DNA of 64,000 nt from Terriglobia bacterium (lineage in GTDB: Bacteria > Acidobacteriota > Terriglobia > Versatilivoradales > Versatilivoraceae): positions 20,692 through 84,691 of the forward strand of contig JAXLQK010000019.1 of assembly GCA_046331665.1 (NCBI GenBank), written 5' to 3'. This document shows positions 1-9,662 of this stretch, one piece after another. Position 1 is the first letter of the stretch. Each line of letters begins with the position of its first letter. The notes under the pieces were generated by a model, which was not told the origin of the DNA, ran no database searches, and was given only the letters and a program-made list of their open reading frames with translations. The translations under genes and the position numbers were made by a program.

Positions 1-948
1 GGACAACGGATTCCCAGAGTCCATGAGAATCCGAGGCCATATCTGGCGACCTGTTTCATGAGCGAAATAGGCGTTCACTTCCGCAATCCATTGAACGGGC
101 CGGTCCAAAGATTGAAAATAGGACATGGGGGCAAACACCTCGACGAATTTCGAAAGCCGCTTCAAATCTTGACCGGCCACCTGATAAATCGCATTGTTGT
201 ATTCAGTGGACTGCCAGGGAATGGCTGATAGTGCAATGAGTGTCGTGGGCCGGGTGCGGTCGCGCAGTTGACTGACCTTGTCACAAAACGCCGTGATCTG
301 GTCGGCCCGCCACCGAATCCAGCGACTGGCCTGATTTTGGCGAATCCAGGCCGCTTGATCTGCCACTTGTTTAAGTTCGCGCGGTATCTGGATCCCTGTT
401 TGCTTCTGAAACTTACCGAGACACACACGGCAGTAACAGGTGTCCGGCAACTCAGGGTTCGAGCTTTTCCATTGAACCGGATACTGCAGAAAGTCGAGCG
501 CGATGACATCGTAGTATCCATGCTGGAGCAGCGTCTTGATCTCTTCGAGCTTTAATTTTTGTAACCATTCCTGGTTGGGGCAGACGCCCGCGTAATCCTG
601 AAATTGAGGCAGGGGACTTCCGTCAGACATCACGGGTTGAGACTCAGGATGGGACTTCCAATGCTCTTCTCCTTCCCAGAGCACGATCATTCCTAAAGTC
701 TTCATCCCGGCGGCGCGAAGCTGTTTGGGCAGCGTGCCATCCTGAAACCGCCCTCCCACCAGCGTTACCCCCATGGACTTCAGGAAGCGAACTTGCTGTT
801 CAACCGTTTTTCCTTGTAACACTCCTGAAGGAGGAAAAACAGGATAAGCGCCCCTGATGACTTGACCCAATAAGTTGGGGCCAAGGGTTGCAATAAGCAG
901 GAATACCAAACCTATCGGTAGGAAAAATTTGGAAGGTACTTCGCTCAA
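1..948 (-). CDS. Glycoside-hydrolase-like family 10 (DUF187/YngK-like) secreted or membrane-anchored protein, C-terminus cut by the window start
   Basis: The minus-strand frame is open from about 948 to position 1 and runs off the window, so it is absent from the ORF track. The translation reads ...LPIGLVFLLIATLGPNLLG (signal/anchor)...GMIVLWEGEEHW...YYDVIALDFLQYP...CYCRVCLGKF. The D.I.LDF..YP motif resembles the GHL10 family. The start is uncertain: TTG at 948, or the first ATG near 810. Confidence 0.5.
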   Translation of the reverse strand, partial: MSEVPSKFFLPIGLVFLLIATLGPNLLGQVIRGAYPVFPPSGVLQGKTVEQQVRFLKSMGVTLVGGRFQDGTLPKQLRAAGMKTLGMIVLWEGEEHWKSHPESQPVMSDGSPLPQFQDYAGVCPNQEWLQKLKLEEIKTLLQHGYYDVIALDFLQYPVQWKSSNPELPDTCYCRVCLGKFQKQTGIQIPRELKQVADQAAWIRQNQASRWIRWRADQITAFCDKVSQLRDRTRPTTLIALSAIPWQSTEYNNAIYQVAGQDLKRLSKFVEVFAPMSYFQSLDRPVQWIAEVNAYFAHETGRQIWPRILMDSGNPLS

Positions 949-1116
949 GACCCAATCTCCGGTTTGGAGTATATTTCACACTCTCTTAAAACGGCTAGTC
1001 AAAAGATTCGCCGTCGATAGACTTGAGTAAGGAATCAAACCCAAAGCGAATCTTACATCAATAAGCCTGATGGAGATTTTTGTTTCTACTTTCTACGGGG
1101 AGATAAATAAGGACCT

Positions 1117-1446
1117 ATGAAAATCATTCAGTCATCGCTGTTCTTTATCCTCGCCGGATTGTGTGAGATCGGGGGAGGGTACCTTGTCTGGCTCTGGCTT
1201 CGCGAAAGCCGAAGTATTGCTTACGGAATTCTAGGGAGCGGGATTCTCGTCCTCTACGGGATCATTCCAACCTTCCAACCCGCCCATTTCGGACGCGTTT
1301 ACGCGGCCTACGGCGGAGTCTTCATCGCGCTTTCCATGCTTTGGGGGTGGCAGGTGGATCGTGTGGTTCCGGACAAATACGACGTCATCGGGGCGGCACT
1401 CGCACTGATTGGCGTCCTCGTCATCATGGACTGGCCAAGAGGTTAA
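1117..1446 (+). CDS. ynfA: YnfA/UPF0060 family small inner-membrane protein
   Basis: 109 aa with four TM segments and the ...[15 protein letters not shown]...[18 protein letters not shown]... signature typical of YnfA. AAGGA lies 4 nt upstream of the ATG. Confidence 0.8.
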   Translation: MKIIQSSLFFILAGLCEIGGGYLVWLWLRESRSIAYGILGSGILVLYGIIPTFQPAHFGRVYAAYGGVFIALSMLWGWQVDRVVPDKYDVIGAALALIGVLVIMDWPRG

Positions 1447-1655
1447 CCCGAAGCAGGGCACCTTCTCGTACCAGCGATCCTTGCTTCCCTATCATTGAAC
1501 CTAAGCCTCCGAGGCCTTTCAATGTGCCCCCTTTACATCAGGCATTTAGGTGTTGAAAGTTCCGAATTTGAATCTCCTAACCTGCAGTGGATGATGAATT
1601 TATGAGCCCACGAGGGAACCATAATCCAGATCGTCGAACCTGCCGATAAATTTCC

Positions 1656-1985
1656 ATGGGACCTTCGGCATTCGAGACAACCGGAGGCAAAGGAAAGTTT
1701 ATGGCAAGCGGGAGCAATGCCGTTCGCACCCATGAAGATTCAAAGCTTCTCATTAAATGGACGAACGTCGACGGAATTCAGATGACCGAGCAATCCGTCA
1801 CGAATGACATCAGTGAAAATGGGATCTCATTCTATCTCAAGACCCCTGTTTGGTTGGACACACACCTCATCATCACGATTGGATCCAGTGAGCTATTCGG
1901 CCGATTGCAAACACTAAATGGGAAGGTTGTTCGCATCCAAACGGATCCTTCTGGCAATCAACTGGTTGGCGTACGGTTTGATTAG
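1656..1985 (+). CDS. PilZ-domain (c-di-GMP binding) protein
   Basis: A D-I-S-E-N-G motif (DxSxxG) sits in a beta-barrel-like sequence ending GKVVRIQTDPSGNQLVGVRF. The likelier start is the internal ATG at 1701, which has AAGGAAAG 4 nt upstream. Confidence 0.55.
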   Translation: MGPSAFETTGGKGKFMASGSNAVRTHEDSKLLIKWTNVDGIQMTEQSVTNDISENGISFYLKTPVWLDTHLIITIGSSELFGRLQTLNGKVVRIQTDPSGNQLVGVRFD

Positions 1986-2294
1986 TTGCCGTTGTCCTTG
2001 AGAGACGGATTCCGCTGGCGATGACCTCCTCAAAGTAAGTCGAGCCCCGAGAACTTCCATGTTTTCCCATGTGATCATGAACTCTCTTGAAGTGGACAAA
2101 TGCTTCTCCCAGGACAATCTGAAAACACTCTTTTGCATCCATCGACCCGGCTGAGGATCCTCTTGCATTCACAACCAATTCCCATTTTGTTCTTGCAACC
2201 ATTCAGCGCAACGCTTCCATTGACAATTGCGGAACACCTTCCATAGACTTCTAAAAGGTTTCTAACACCGCTGGATGGAGGAGGCTGGAGCAAC

Positions 2295-3539
2295 ATGCCT
2301 GCTGAATCAATTTCCAGGCGCCTATTCTTAGGGGGAATGCTGTCACCGCTGGTGGCGGGGATCCATAGCTTGCAGGCCCTGGCCGCCCCTCCAATGAAGA
2401 TTACAAAGATAGAAACGGTTTACTGGAAGAGCTCCCAGGATGCTCCCTGGCTTCCCAATTGGACATGGATCAAGATTCATACGGACACCGGTCATTCGGG
2501 AATTGGTGAAACTTATCCCCGGAGTGAGGCTGAGGCCGCACTCGTCCACTCCACGGTGGCACGCCTCTTACTCGGCCATGACCCCCGAGATATTGACCGC
2601 ATTTGGGCAGAACTCTACTTCACTTTCGATTTTCAAATCATTGGTGGAACCGAGATGCGGGTGCTCAGCGCGATTGATCTGGCATTGTGGGACTTATTGG
2701 GAAAATCGCTATCGATGCCCGTCTATCGGCTCATCGGAGGAATGTCCAATTCTCAAATTCGTGTGTACAACACTTGTTTCCCGCAACGCTACGACTTCCT
2801 TAAAGACCCTGAAAAGATTGTCAGAGAGCTCATTGATGGCTACGGCATTAAGGCGATCAAGATCTGGCCCTTTGATGAAGCTGCACGCCGGACGAAGCGA
2901 CAATACATAACGCAGTCGGATATCGAAGAAGCACTTGCCCCCGTCCGCAAATTACGGGATGTCTTTGGGTTCGATATTGAAATTCTCATGGAATTCCATA
3001 GTAACTGGAATTTGCCTTCTGCGATCCGGATCGCTCGGGCTCTGGAACCCTATAAGCCCATGTGGCTGGAAGATATGTTAATGCCCGGCCAGTTTTCTCA
3101 ATATCGCCAGTTAGCCGAGGCGACTTCCATCCCTTTGACGATTAGTGAGCGCATGGCAGGCCGGATGCAATATATTCAATTGCTTGAATCGCGTGCCGCG
3201 AAGTATGTCATGTTCGACGTCTGCTGGTGTGGAGGGATCAGTGAAGCGCGAAAGATTGCCTCCATGGCAGAAGCTTTTCAACTGCCAATTGCCCCTCATA
3301 CAGCGGGAGGCCCGCTCCTTTTCTACGCCTCCACCCATTTAAGCACAGCCGCCACCAACGTTGCGATTCAGGAAAGCGTTCAGCGTTACTACGAAACGGA
3401 TTGGCCCAAGATGCTGGAGAACCCTATTATTCCCAAGAATGGAACCGTGTCAGCTCCGGATCTTCCGGGTTTTGGAATGTTGATCAAGCCTGAAGTCTGG
3501 GATCACCCGGCAGCGATCAGGCGGACTTCGACTCTGTAA
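2295..3539 (+). CDS. Enolase-superfamily enzyme (mandelate racemase/muconate lactonizing enzyme or dehydratase family) with a Tat signal peptide
   Basis: The N-terminus SRRLFLGGMLSPLVAGIHSLQALAAP is a twin-arginine signal. MR/MLE N- and C-domain signatures are present (IKIWPFDEA..., LEDMLMPGQ..., FDVCWCGGISEA). GGAGG lies upstream. Confidence 0.75.
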   Translation: MPAESISRRLFLGGMLSPLVAGIHSLQALAAPPMKITKIETVYWKSSQDAPWLPNWTWIKIHTDTGHSGIGETYPRSEAEAALVHSTVARLLLGHDPRDIDRIWAELYFTFDFQIIGGTEMRVLSAIDLALWDLLGKSLSMPVYRLIGGMSNSQIRVYNTCFPQRYDFLKDPEKIVRELIDGYGIKAIKIWPFDEAARRTKRQYITQSDIEEALAPVRKLRDVFGFDIEILMEFHSNWNLPSAIRIARALEPYKPMWLEDMLMPGQFSQYRQLAEATSIPLTISERMAGRMQYIQLLESRAAKYVMFDVCWCGGISEARKIASMAEAFQLPIAPHTAGGPLLFYASTHLSTAATNVAIQESVQRYYETDWPKMLENPIIPKNGTVSAPDLPGFGMLIKPEVWDHPAAIRRTSTL

Positions 3540-3541
3540 GA

Positions 3542-3566
3542 CTCGATGGAGCCAGCCGAGTCGCCT
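3542..3566 (+). terminator. Possible hairpin downstream of the enolase-superfamily gene
   Basis: GACTCG-N12-CGAGTC inverted repeat immediately after the stop, followed by a T-rich stretch. It is a weak call. Confidence 0.25.
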
Positions 3567-3648
3567 ACTTTGCTAATTTTCTGTTTTAATTAAGTGGATT
3601 TGGAATTCGGTTTTGCGATCCGAAAAATAACTTGAGGAGACAAAGCAT

Positions 3649-4668
3649 ATGTCATTAAAGACTGGCAAGGTGTGGAGAGTTTGTGCAGGAATAGGGCTCC
3701 TCTTGTCGCTTCTGGCTTGTTCAAAAGCTCCGTCAGACGTCACTGTGAGTGATGCGATCAAAGGCCGCTTTTATTCAGACCCTCAACTCAAGAACGAAAA
3801 TATTCAAGTATCTGTCGCCAATGGGGAGGCGACGCTTTCGGGACAAGTGTCCGGCGATCCAGCCCATCAACAGGCTGTTAGCGTCGCCCAGGGGACGGAA
3901 GGAGTAAAAAAGGTGATTGACCAGCTCCAATTTCCCTCCTCTCCGGGTGGGATGCCACCGATGTCGTCCAATCAGCTTCAATCCGGCTCCTCACCGGGAG
4001 GAATGCCGCCGATGTCCTCGAATCAACAACAATCGATGCAATCCCCCCAATCCGGTGGTCCTGCGGCAGGGGGGAGTCCCGCCGCGGAAAACGTCCCCGG
4101 CAACAATCCCCCGGCACCAGAACCTCCGCCACCACCGCCACCTCGAAAATACACCATCCCATCGGGAACCAATGTTCGAATCCAGATGATTGATACGATC
4201 GATTCCAAGACCAGCAAGCCGGGAGATTCATTCCGGGCTTCGCTCGCCTCGCCCATTGTCTCGGGGAATGATGTGGTTGTCCGTCAAGGAGCGAATGTCG
4301 TGGTCAAGTTACTGGAATCCAAAACATCCGGCAAGTTCAAGGGACAGAGCGAGCTGGAAGTGACTCTCGATCAGATTGAGCTGAATGGGAAACGATACGA
4401 CGTGTCTTCTTCGTCAGTTCAGGAAGTGGGAAAATCCCGAGGAAAGGACACAGCCAAGAAAACCGGCCTGGGGGCGGCCATTGGAGCGGGGATTGGAGCG
4501 ATTGCTGGCGGCGGAAAAGGGGCCGCCATTGGGGCGGGAATTGGAGCTGGCGCTGGAGCCGGATCTCAGCTTTTTTTGAAAGGAAAGCAAGTCTCCATTC
4601 CCTCGGAAACCAAATTGGATTTCAAGCTGTCGGCTCCAGTGACCTTTACGCTTCCTCCGAAGAGTTAA
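3649..4668 (+). CDS. Lipoprotein with an N-terminal BON domain, a Pro/Gly-rich repeat linker and a C-terminal glycine-zipper domain
   Basis: There is a lipobox, LLSLLAC. The BON-like segment is VTVSDAIKGRFYSDPQLKNENIQVSVANGEATLSGQVS...GVKKVIDQL. SSPGGMPPMSSNQ occurs twice in tandem, followed by PPPPPPP. GAAIGAGIGA occurs twice 16 aa apart, forming a glycine zipper. Confidence 0.7.
   Translation: MSLKTGKVWRVCAGIGLLLSLLACSKAPSDVTVSDAIKGRFYSDPQLKNENIQVSVANGEATLSGQVSGDPAHQQAVSVAQGTEGVKKVIDQLQFPSSPGGMPPMSSNQLQSGSSPGGMPPMSSNQQQSMQSPQSGGPAAGGSPAAENVPGNNPPAPEPPPPPPPRKYTIPSGTNVRIQMIDTIDSKTSKPGDSFRASLASPIVSGNDVVVRQGANVVVKLLESKTSGKFKGQSELEVTLDQIELNGKRYDVSSSSVQEVGKSRGKDTAKKTGLGAAIGAGIGAIAGGGKGAAIGAGIGAGAGAGSQLFLKGKQVSIPSETKLDFKLSAPVTFTLPPKS
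3937..4026 (+). repeat. Imperfect in-frame tandem repeat (51-nt period) encoding SSPGGMPPMSSNQ twice
   Basis: 3937-3975 and 3988-4026 are near-identical copies at the DNA level. A second internal duplication, 4471-4500 versus 4519-4548, encodes the glycine-zipper unit. Confidence 0.8.
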
Positions 4669-4956
4669 CGTCCGACCGGATGGGTGTTTTGGACTTTGCG
4701 GAAAAATTTTCGTCCTGCCTTGAGGCTACTCCGGCGTGCCTTTATCATCATTCCCTGCCATCCCGGGCTGGCTGTCAACTGGCTTGAGTTGGGATGGAGA
4801 AAAACCTCTGCTCAATAAATTCTGCGACTGGTTTTGCGGGAGACGCATGGCCGCCAATATCTCTCCATAGCAGAGAAAGGCAGTGGAATTGGCCTTTGAA
4901 AGACCCTATAATAGGGGTCATCTCGGCGTAAGAAACTCGTTTCAACTAGTGCGACG

Positions 4957-7425
4957 ATGATCCGCAAGCCACCAAAGATCCTAAAGAGATTACTGTTATT
5001 CGGCAGCCTGCTCTTCTTGCCTCAGTCCCAAGGACCCTCTCTTCTCGGTCAGGGAGCGGCACCCCAAGCGAAGATTGAATTCAATCGGGATATCCGTCCA
5101 ATTCTATCTGACAACTGTTACACCTGCCACGGTCCCGACAAAGCCAACCGAAAGACCAGCCTTCGTCTGGATAACGAGGCGGGCATCTATGAGGATCTCG
5201 GAGGGTATCAAGCAGTTGTCCCGGGAAATCCGGATAAGAGCGAGTTATATCGCAGAGTTTCGTCTCAAGATGAGTCTCGACGCATGCCTCCTGTTTATTC
5301 GGGACGAACTCTGACAGCGAACCAGGTTGCCCTCATCCGTCAATGGATCGAACAAGGCGCTAAATGGCAAAAGCACTGGGTTTTTGTTCCTCCGGTTCGT
5401 CCCGAGCTTCCACAAGTCAATCAAAAGACATGGCCACGTAATGCGATTGATTATTTTGTCCTTGAACGATTGGAAAAGGAAGGGCTGACGCCATCCCCTG
5501 AGGCTCCGCCGGAAATCCTGATTCGTCGAGTGACACTCGATTTGACCGGCTTGCCCCCCTCCCCGCAGGAACTGGATGCTTATTTGTCGGACCATTCTCC
5601 CAATGCATACGAAAAGGTGGTTGACCGTTTGCTGCAGTCCTCGCGCTTCGGAGAACGAATGGCCATTCGTTGGCTCGAGGCTGCGCGTTACGCTGATACC
5701 AATGGCTATCAAACCGACGCAGAAAGGATCATGTGGCGCTGGAGAGATTGGGTAATTGACGCCTTTAACCGAAATATGCCATTCGACGAGTTCACGATTG
5801 AACAGATCGGCGGAGACTTGCTGCCGAATGCGACCACGGATCAGAAGCTGGCGACAGGTTTCAATCGGAATCATCGCGGGAATGGCGAAGGGGGAATCAT
5901 CCCCGAAGAATACGCAGTGGAATATGTTGCGGACCGTGTCGATACGGTCTCGACGGTGTGGCTCGGGTTAACTATGGGTTGCTCGCGTTGTCATGACCAC
6001 AAGTATGACCCCGTCACACAAAAAGAGTATTACCAGCTCTTCGCCTTCTTTAATAATGTCCCGGAGAAAGGCCATGCCAATAAATTCGGGAACTCACCGC
6101 CGGTCATCAAGACTCCAACGTCACAGCAGGAGGCGGAACTCTGGGACCTTGATCGGCGGCAGGTTGAGGCAGACAAGGTTTGGAAATCACTGCAACCCCA
6201 ATTGATTGCCGCGGAGCGAGGTTGGGAAAAGAACTTCAACCGATCGCGCCTGATCGACTGGTCCCTCACAGACGGCCTGGAAGCCTATTTCCCGTTGGAT
6301 GGAAACACCACGGATCGTTCCCGTAAAACCACCCCGGAGAAGACCGCTCAGCCTTCTTTCCGTGATGGTAATCCTGACTATGCGGCTGGACAAGTCGGGC
6401 TTTCCGGCTCCTTTGATGGGAAGCGCTTTGTCGATGCAGGGAACGTTGCTGATTTTGGATTCTATGACAAGTTTACAATGGCGGCTTGGATTTACCCACT
6501 TGACGAAAAGGGTGGCGCCATTCTGACGCGAACCAAAGACCTCAGCAAGGAGCAAGGCTACGGCCTCTATTGGGTGGATGGGAAACTCCAGGTAAACCTG
6601 GTTCAGCGTTGGCTGGATGATGCCCTGCGACTCGAAACTCAACAATCGTTTTCACCTGGACAGTGGTATCACGTGGCGGTTACCTATGACGCTTCCCGAA
6701 CAGCCGACTCCGTAAGGCTTTATGTCAACGGGAGCCCGGTTCAGTTGAAGGTCCTGCTCGATGATTTCTATCAAACATTCAAGATTGCTGAACCGTTTCG
6801 GATTGGAGGAGGGGGCGGCCCTGAAATCCGTTTCCATGGCTACATCGATGAAGTAAGAGTCTATAACCGGGTCCTGGCTCCGGACGAAATTCAACTCGTC
6901 TCTTGTAAAGATCGAATTAGCGAGATCGTTGCCATCCCCCCGGACCAGCGTACCGAAACGCAAAGCGCAAAACTAAGAGCCTACTTTGTCTCCACCGGTG
7001 CTGCCAAACCCATCCAGGAGGCTTACGCGAGGATCATCGCACTACAGCGAGAGCGCGAGAAACTCATCGACTCCATTCCGACGACTATGGTCATGCAGGA
7101 AATGAATCCTCCCCGGAATTCCTACATTTTGATTCGGGGTTCCTACGATCGTCATGGCGAGCGCGTTCAGCCTGCCGTCCCCGCCGTTTTCAACCCTCTT
7201 CCTGCAGGGCTCCCGGCCAATCGACTCGCTCTCGGGAAATGGCTTGTGGATCCCGCCAACCCCGTCACCGCTCGTGTAATCGTCAACCGGTTTTGGCAGA
7301 TGTATTTCGGAAATGGATTGGTCCGGACAGTCGAAAATTTTGGTTCCCAGGGGGAATGGCCGACCCACCCCGCGCTACTGGATTGGCTGGCGACCGAGTT
7401 TGTTCTAAATCGCTGGAACGTGTAA
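4957..7425 (+). CDS. PSCyt1 (c-type heme CxxCH) / DUF1549 (PSCyt2) / LamG-like lectin insertion / DUF1553 (PSD1) protein, N-terminal 822 aa, ending at a premature in-frame TAA
   Basis: A signal peptide is present. CYTCHGPDKANRK is the heme-binding motif, and the DUF1549 region follows. A concanavalin/LamG-like block (FDGKRFVDAGNVADFGFYDKFTMAAWIY...LYVNGSP...IDEVRVYNRVL) precedes DUF1553. The ORF stops at TAA 7423-7425, in the middle of the domain, relative to its paralogue at 14892-17594. Confidence 0.85.
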   Translation: MIRKPPKILKRLLLFGSLLFLPQSQGPSLLGQGAAPQAKIEFNRDIRPILSDNCYTCHGPDKANRKTSLRLDNEAGIYEDLGGYQAVVPGNPDKSELYRRVSSQDESRRMPPVYSGRTLTANQVALIRQWIEQGAKWQKHWVFVPPVRPELPQVNQKTWPRNAIDYFVLERLEKEGLTPSPEAPPEILIRRVTLDLTGLPPSPQELDAYLSDHSPNAYEKVVDRLLQSSRFGERMAIRWLEAARYADTNGYQTDAERIMWRWRDWVIDAFNRNMPFDEFTIEQIGGDLLPNATTDQKLATGFNRNHRGNGEGGIIPEEYAVEYVADRVDTVSTVWLGLTMGCSRCHDHKYDPVTQKEYYQLFAFFNNVPEKGHANKFGNSPPVIKTPTSQQEAELWDLDRRQVEADKVWKSLQPQLIAAERGWEKNFNRSRLIDWSLTDGLEAYFPLDGNTTDRSRKTTPEKTAQPSFRDGNPDYAAGQVGLSGSFDGKRFVDAGNVADFGFYDKFTMAAWIYPLDEKGGAILTRTKDLSKEQGYGLYWVDGKLQVNLVQRWLDDALRLETQQSFSPGQWYHVAVTYDASRTADSVRLYVNGSPVQLKVLLDDFYQTFKIAEPFRIGGGGGPEIRFHGYIDEVRVYNRVLAPDEIQLVSCKDRISEIVAIPPDQRTETQSAKLRAYFVSTGAAKPIQEAYARIIALQREREKLIDSIPTTMVMQEMNPPRNSYILIRGSYDRHGERVQPAVPAVFNPLPAGLPANRLALGKWLVDPANPVTARVIVNRFWQMYFGNGLVRTVENFGSQGEWPTHPALLDWLATEFVLNRWNV

Positions 7426-7443
7426 TCACTCCAGAAAGAGATC

Positions 7444-8157
7444 GTGATGAGTGCCACGTACCGTCAATCCTCAAAGATAACTCCGACCTCGATGCTGCGT
7501 GATCCGGAAAATCGGCTGTTGTCCAGAGGGCCGCGGCTGAGGCTTACGGCAGAAATGGTGCGCGACCAGGCCCTCGCGATCAGCGGGCTCCTCGTGGAAA
7601 AAATTGGCGGCCCCTCGGTAAAGCCTTATCAGCCTGAGGGTCTGTGGAAAGAGCTCAGCGGCGGGGACGACTATGAACCCGACAAAGGCGAAAACCTTTA
7701 TCGCCGAAGCCTCTACACCTATTGGAAACGGACAGCCGCCCCTCCCGCAATGATGACTTTTGATGCCCCCTCCCGCGAAACCTGCGCCGTCCGGCAGACG
7801 CGAACCAATACCCCTCTTCAAGCCCTGAACTTGATGAATGATGTGACTTATATGGAGGCGGCTCGGGCGCTGGCACAACGGACCATGAATGAAGCCGGCC
7901 AGACTCCTGAAGCCCGTCTGAAGCTGGCCTTTCGTCTGGCCACCTGTCGTTGGCCCACGACTGTGGAACTTCAAAAACTCCAGGATGGGTTCCAATTCCA
8001 ACTGGGTCAGTTTCGAGCCGATCCATCGGCCGCCTTGAAATTGGTTAGCGTTGGTGAATATCCGATCAATCAGAAGCTGGATATCGCAGAGCTGGCTGCT
8101 TATGCGACACAAGCCAGCCTCATCCTGAATCTGGATGAGACCATGAGTAAGGAATGA
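7444..8157 (+). CDS. C-terminal DUF1553 (PSD1) fragment, in frame with 4957-7425; the two are probably one gene separated by the TAA at 7423
   Basis: Same reading frame as the upstream ORF, since 7444-4957 is divisible by 3. The sequence across the stop, NRWNV*SLQKEIVMSATYRQSS, aligns with the paralogue's ENWNVKRMHKLIVMSATYRQSS. An AAGAGA-like RBS lies 6 nt upstream of ATG 7444. Confidence 0.6.
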   Translation: MMSATYRQSSKITPTSMLRDPENRLLSRGPRLRLTAEMVRDQALAISGLLVEKIGGPSVKPYQPEGLWKELSGGDDYEPDKGENLYRRSLYTYWKRTAAPPAMMTFDAPSRETCAVRQTRTNTPLQALNLMNDVTYMEAARALAQRTMNEAGQTPEARLKLAFRLATCRWPTTVELQKLQDGFQFQLGQFRADPSAALKLVSVGEYPINQKLDIAELAAYATQASLILNLDETMSKE

Positions 8158-8160
8158 ATC

Positions 8161-9627
8161 ATGAACCCTATTCGTGAACGAGAACTTCATCTGAACCGTC
8201 GTCATCTTCTGAGCTTCGCAGGCCGTGGGATCGGATTGGCCGCCTTGATGTCACTGCTCAATGAGGATATTCCCTCCGCTTTGGCTGGAGAGCTGCCCAA
8301 TTCCACCGCTACTTCCAGCGAGTTCCCCAACTTCGCTCCCAAAGCCAAACGCGTCATTTATCTCTTTCAATCCGGGGCTCCCTCGCAGCTTGAACTGTTT
8401 GATTACAAGCCCAAAATTGCAGAGCTTCGGGGCACGGAGCTGCCGGATTCCATCCGAAAAGGTCAGCGCCTGACTGCCATGACGTCAGCCCAATCGAGTT
8501 TTCCGGTGGTCCCCTCGCTTTTCAAGTTTGCCCAGCATGGACAGTCCGGGACATGGGTGAGTGAACTCATGCCTCACACGGCAAAAATCGTGGATGAGCT
8601 ATGCTTCATCAAGTCCATGCACACGGAGGCGATTAATCACGACCCGGCTATAACCTTTTTTCAAACCGGCGCTCAGTTGGCAGGGAGGCCCAGTATCGGT
8701 GCCTGGTTAACCTACGGGCTCGGGAGCGAAAACAAAGATCTGCCTGCGTTCGTGGTCATGATCTCTCAAGGCTCCGGAAATCCCGCGGATCAACCGCTTT
8801 ACGATCGCCTGTGGGGAAGCGGCTTTCTTCCTCCCCAATATCAGGGAGTGAAATTTCGTTCCGGAAGCGATCCGGTCCTTTACCTTTCGAATCCGCCGGG
8901 CATGTCAGATCCTTCACGCCGGCGTTTTCTCGATGACCTGGCCCAACTGAATCAGCTGAGCCTAAATGAATTTGGCGATCCGGAAATCTCCACTCGAATC
9001 TCCCAGTATGAGATGGCTTACCGGATGCAAACGTCCGTGCCTGAGTTGACAGACCTCTCGGGAGAACCCGCCCAGGTGTTTGAGCTTTATGGTCCAGAAT
9101 CGAAGAAGCCTGGAACGTATGCCGCCAATTGCCTATTGGCAAGGCGCCTCGCGGAAAGAGGGGTGAGGTTCATCCAGCTCTATCATCGGGGTTGGGACCA
9201 ACACTTTACCCTGCCAAAACAGATCGTGGGACAATCCCGGGACACGGACCAGGCTTCAGCAGCCCTGATCCTGGACCTCAAACAACGTGGGCTGTTGGAT
9301 GACACACTGGTGGTTTGGGGCGGGGAGTTTGGAAGAACCATCTATTGTCAGGGGAAATTAACCGCTGATGATTACGGCAGGGATCATCACCCCCGGTGCT
9401 TTACAGTTTGGCTGGCCGGCGGAGGGATCAAGTCCGGGATTACCTTTGGGTCCACCGATGATTACTGTTACAACATCACGGAGAATCCGGTTCACGTCCA
9501 TGATCTCCATGCCACGATGCTCCATTGCTTGGGAATTGACCATACTCGACTCACCTACAAGTACCAGGGACGCTACTTCCGATTGACCGACATTAGCGGC
9601 GAAGTGGTGAGCAAAGTGTTGACTTAA
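8161..9627 (+). CDS. DUF1501 protein (sulfatase/alkaline-phosphatase fold) with a Tat signal
   Basis: [20 protein letters not shown] is a Tat motif. Conserved DUF1501 blocks are present ([10 protein letters not shown]..., [27 protein letters not shown]). The start lies 3 nt after the stop of the upstream PSCyt gene, so the two are translationally coupled. Confidence 0.85.
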   Translation: MNPIRERELHLNRRHLLSFAGRGIGLAALMSLLNEDIPSALAGELPNSTATSSEFPNFAPKAKRVIYLFQSGAPSQLELFDYKPKIAELRGTELPDSIRKGQRLTAMTSAQSSFPVVPSLFKFAQHGQSGTWVSELMPHTAKIVDELCFIKSMHTEAINHDPAITFFQTGAQLAGRPSIGAWLTYGLGSENKDLPAFVVMISQGSGNPADQPLYDRLWGSGFLPPQYQGVKFRSGSDPVLYLSNPPGMSDPSRRRFLDDLAQLNQLSLNEFGDPEISTRISQYEMAYRMQTSVPELTDLSGEPAQVFELYGPESKKPGTYAANCLLARRLAERGVRFIQLYHRGWDQHFTLPKQIVGQSRDTDQASAALILDLKQRGLLDDTLVVWGGEFGRTIYCQGKLTADDYGRDHHPRCFTVWLAGGGIKSGITFGSTDDYCYNITENPVHVHDLHATMLHCLGIDHTRLTYKYQGRYFRLTDISGEVVSKVLT

Positions 9628-9662
9628 CCCCTCCCAATTACGTTGGCCTACAGATTACGTAC

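Larger units (their letters stand above)
4957..8157 (+). pseudogene. Full-length PSCyt1/DUF1549/DUF1553 gene interrupted by a single in-frame TAA (candidate nonsense mutation or sequencing error)
   Basis: See the two parts above. A K (AAA/AAG) to TAA change at the position aligned to the paralogue would explain it. Confidence 0.5.

Noticed and set aside
5245-5874. 209-aa antisense ORF inside the PSCyt gene
   Set aside because: Same reasoning. The sense strand encodes conserved DUF1549 sequence.
7471-8205. 244-aa ORF antisense to the DUF1553 fragment
   Set aside because: It is fully embedded opposite a well-supported domain-bearing CDS. The composition is Gly/Arg-rich and typical of a GC-rich antisense frame, and it has no RBS.
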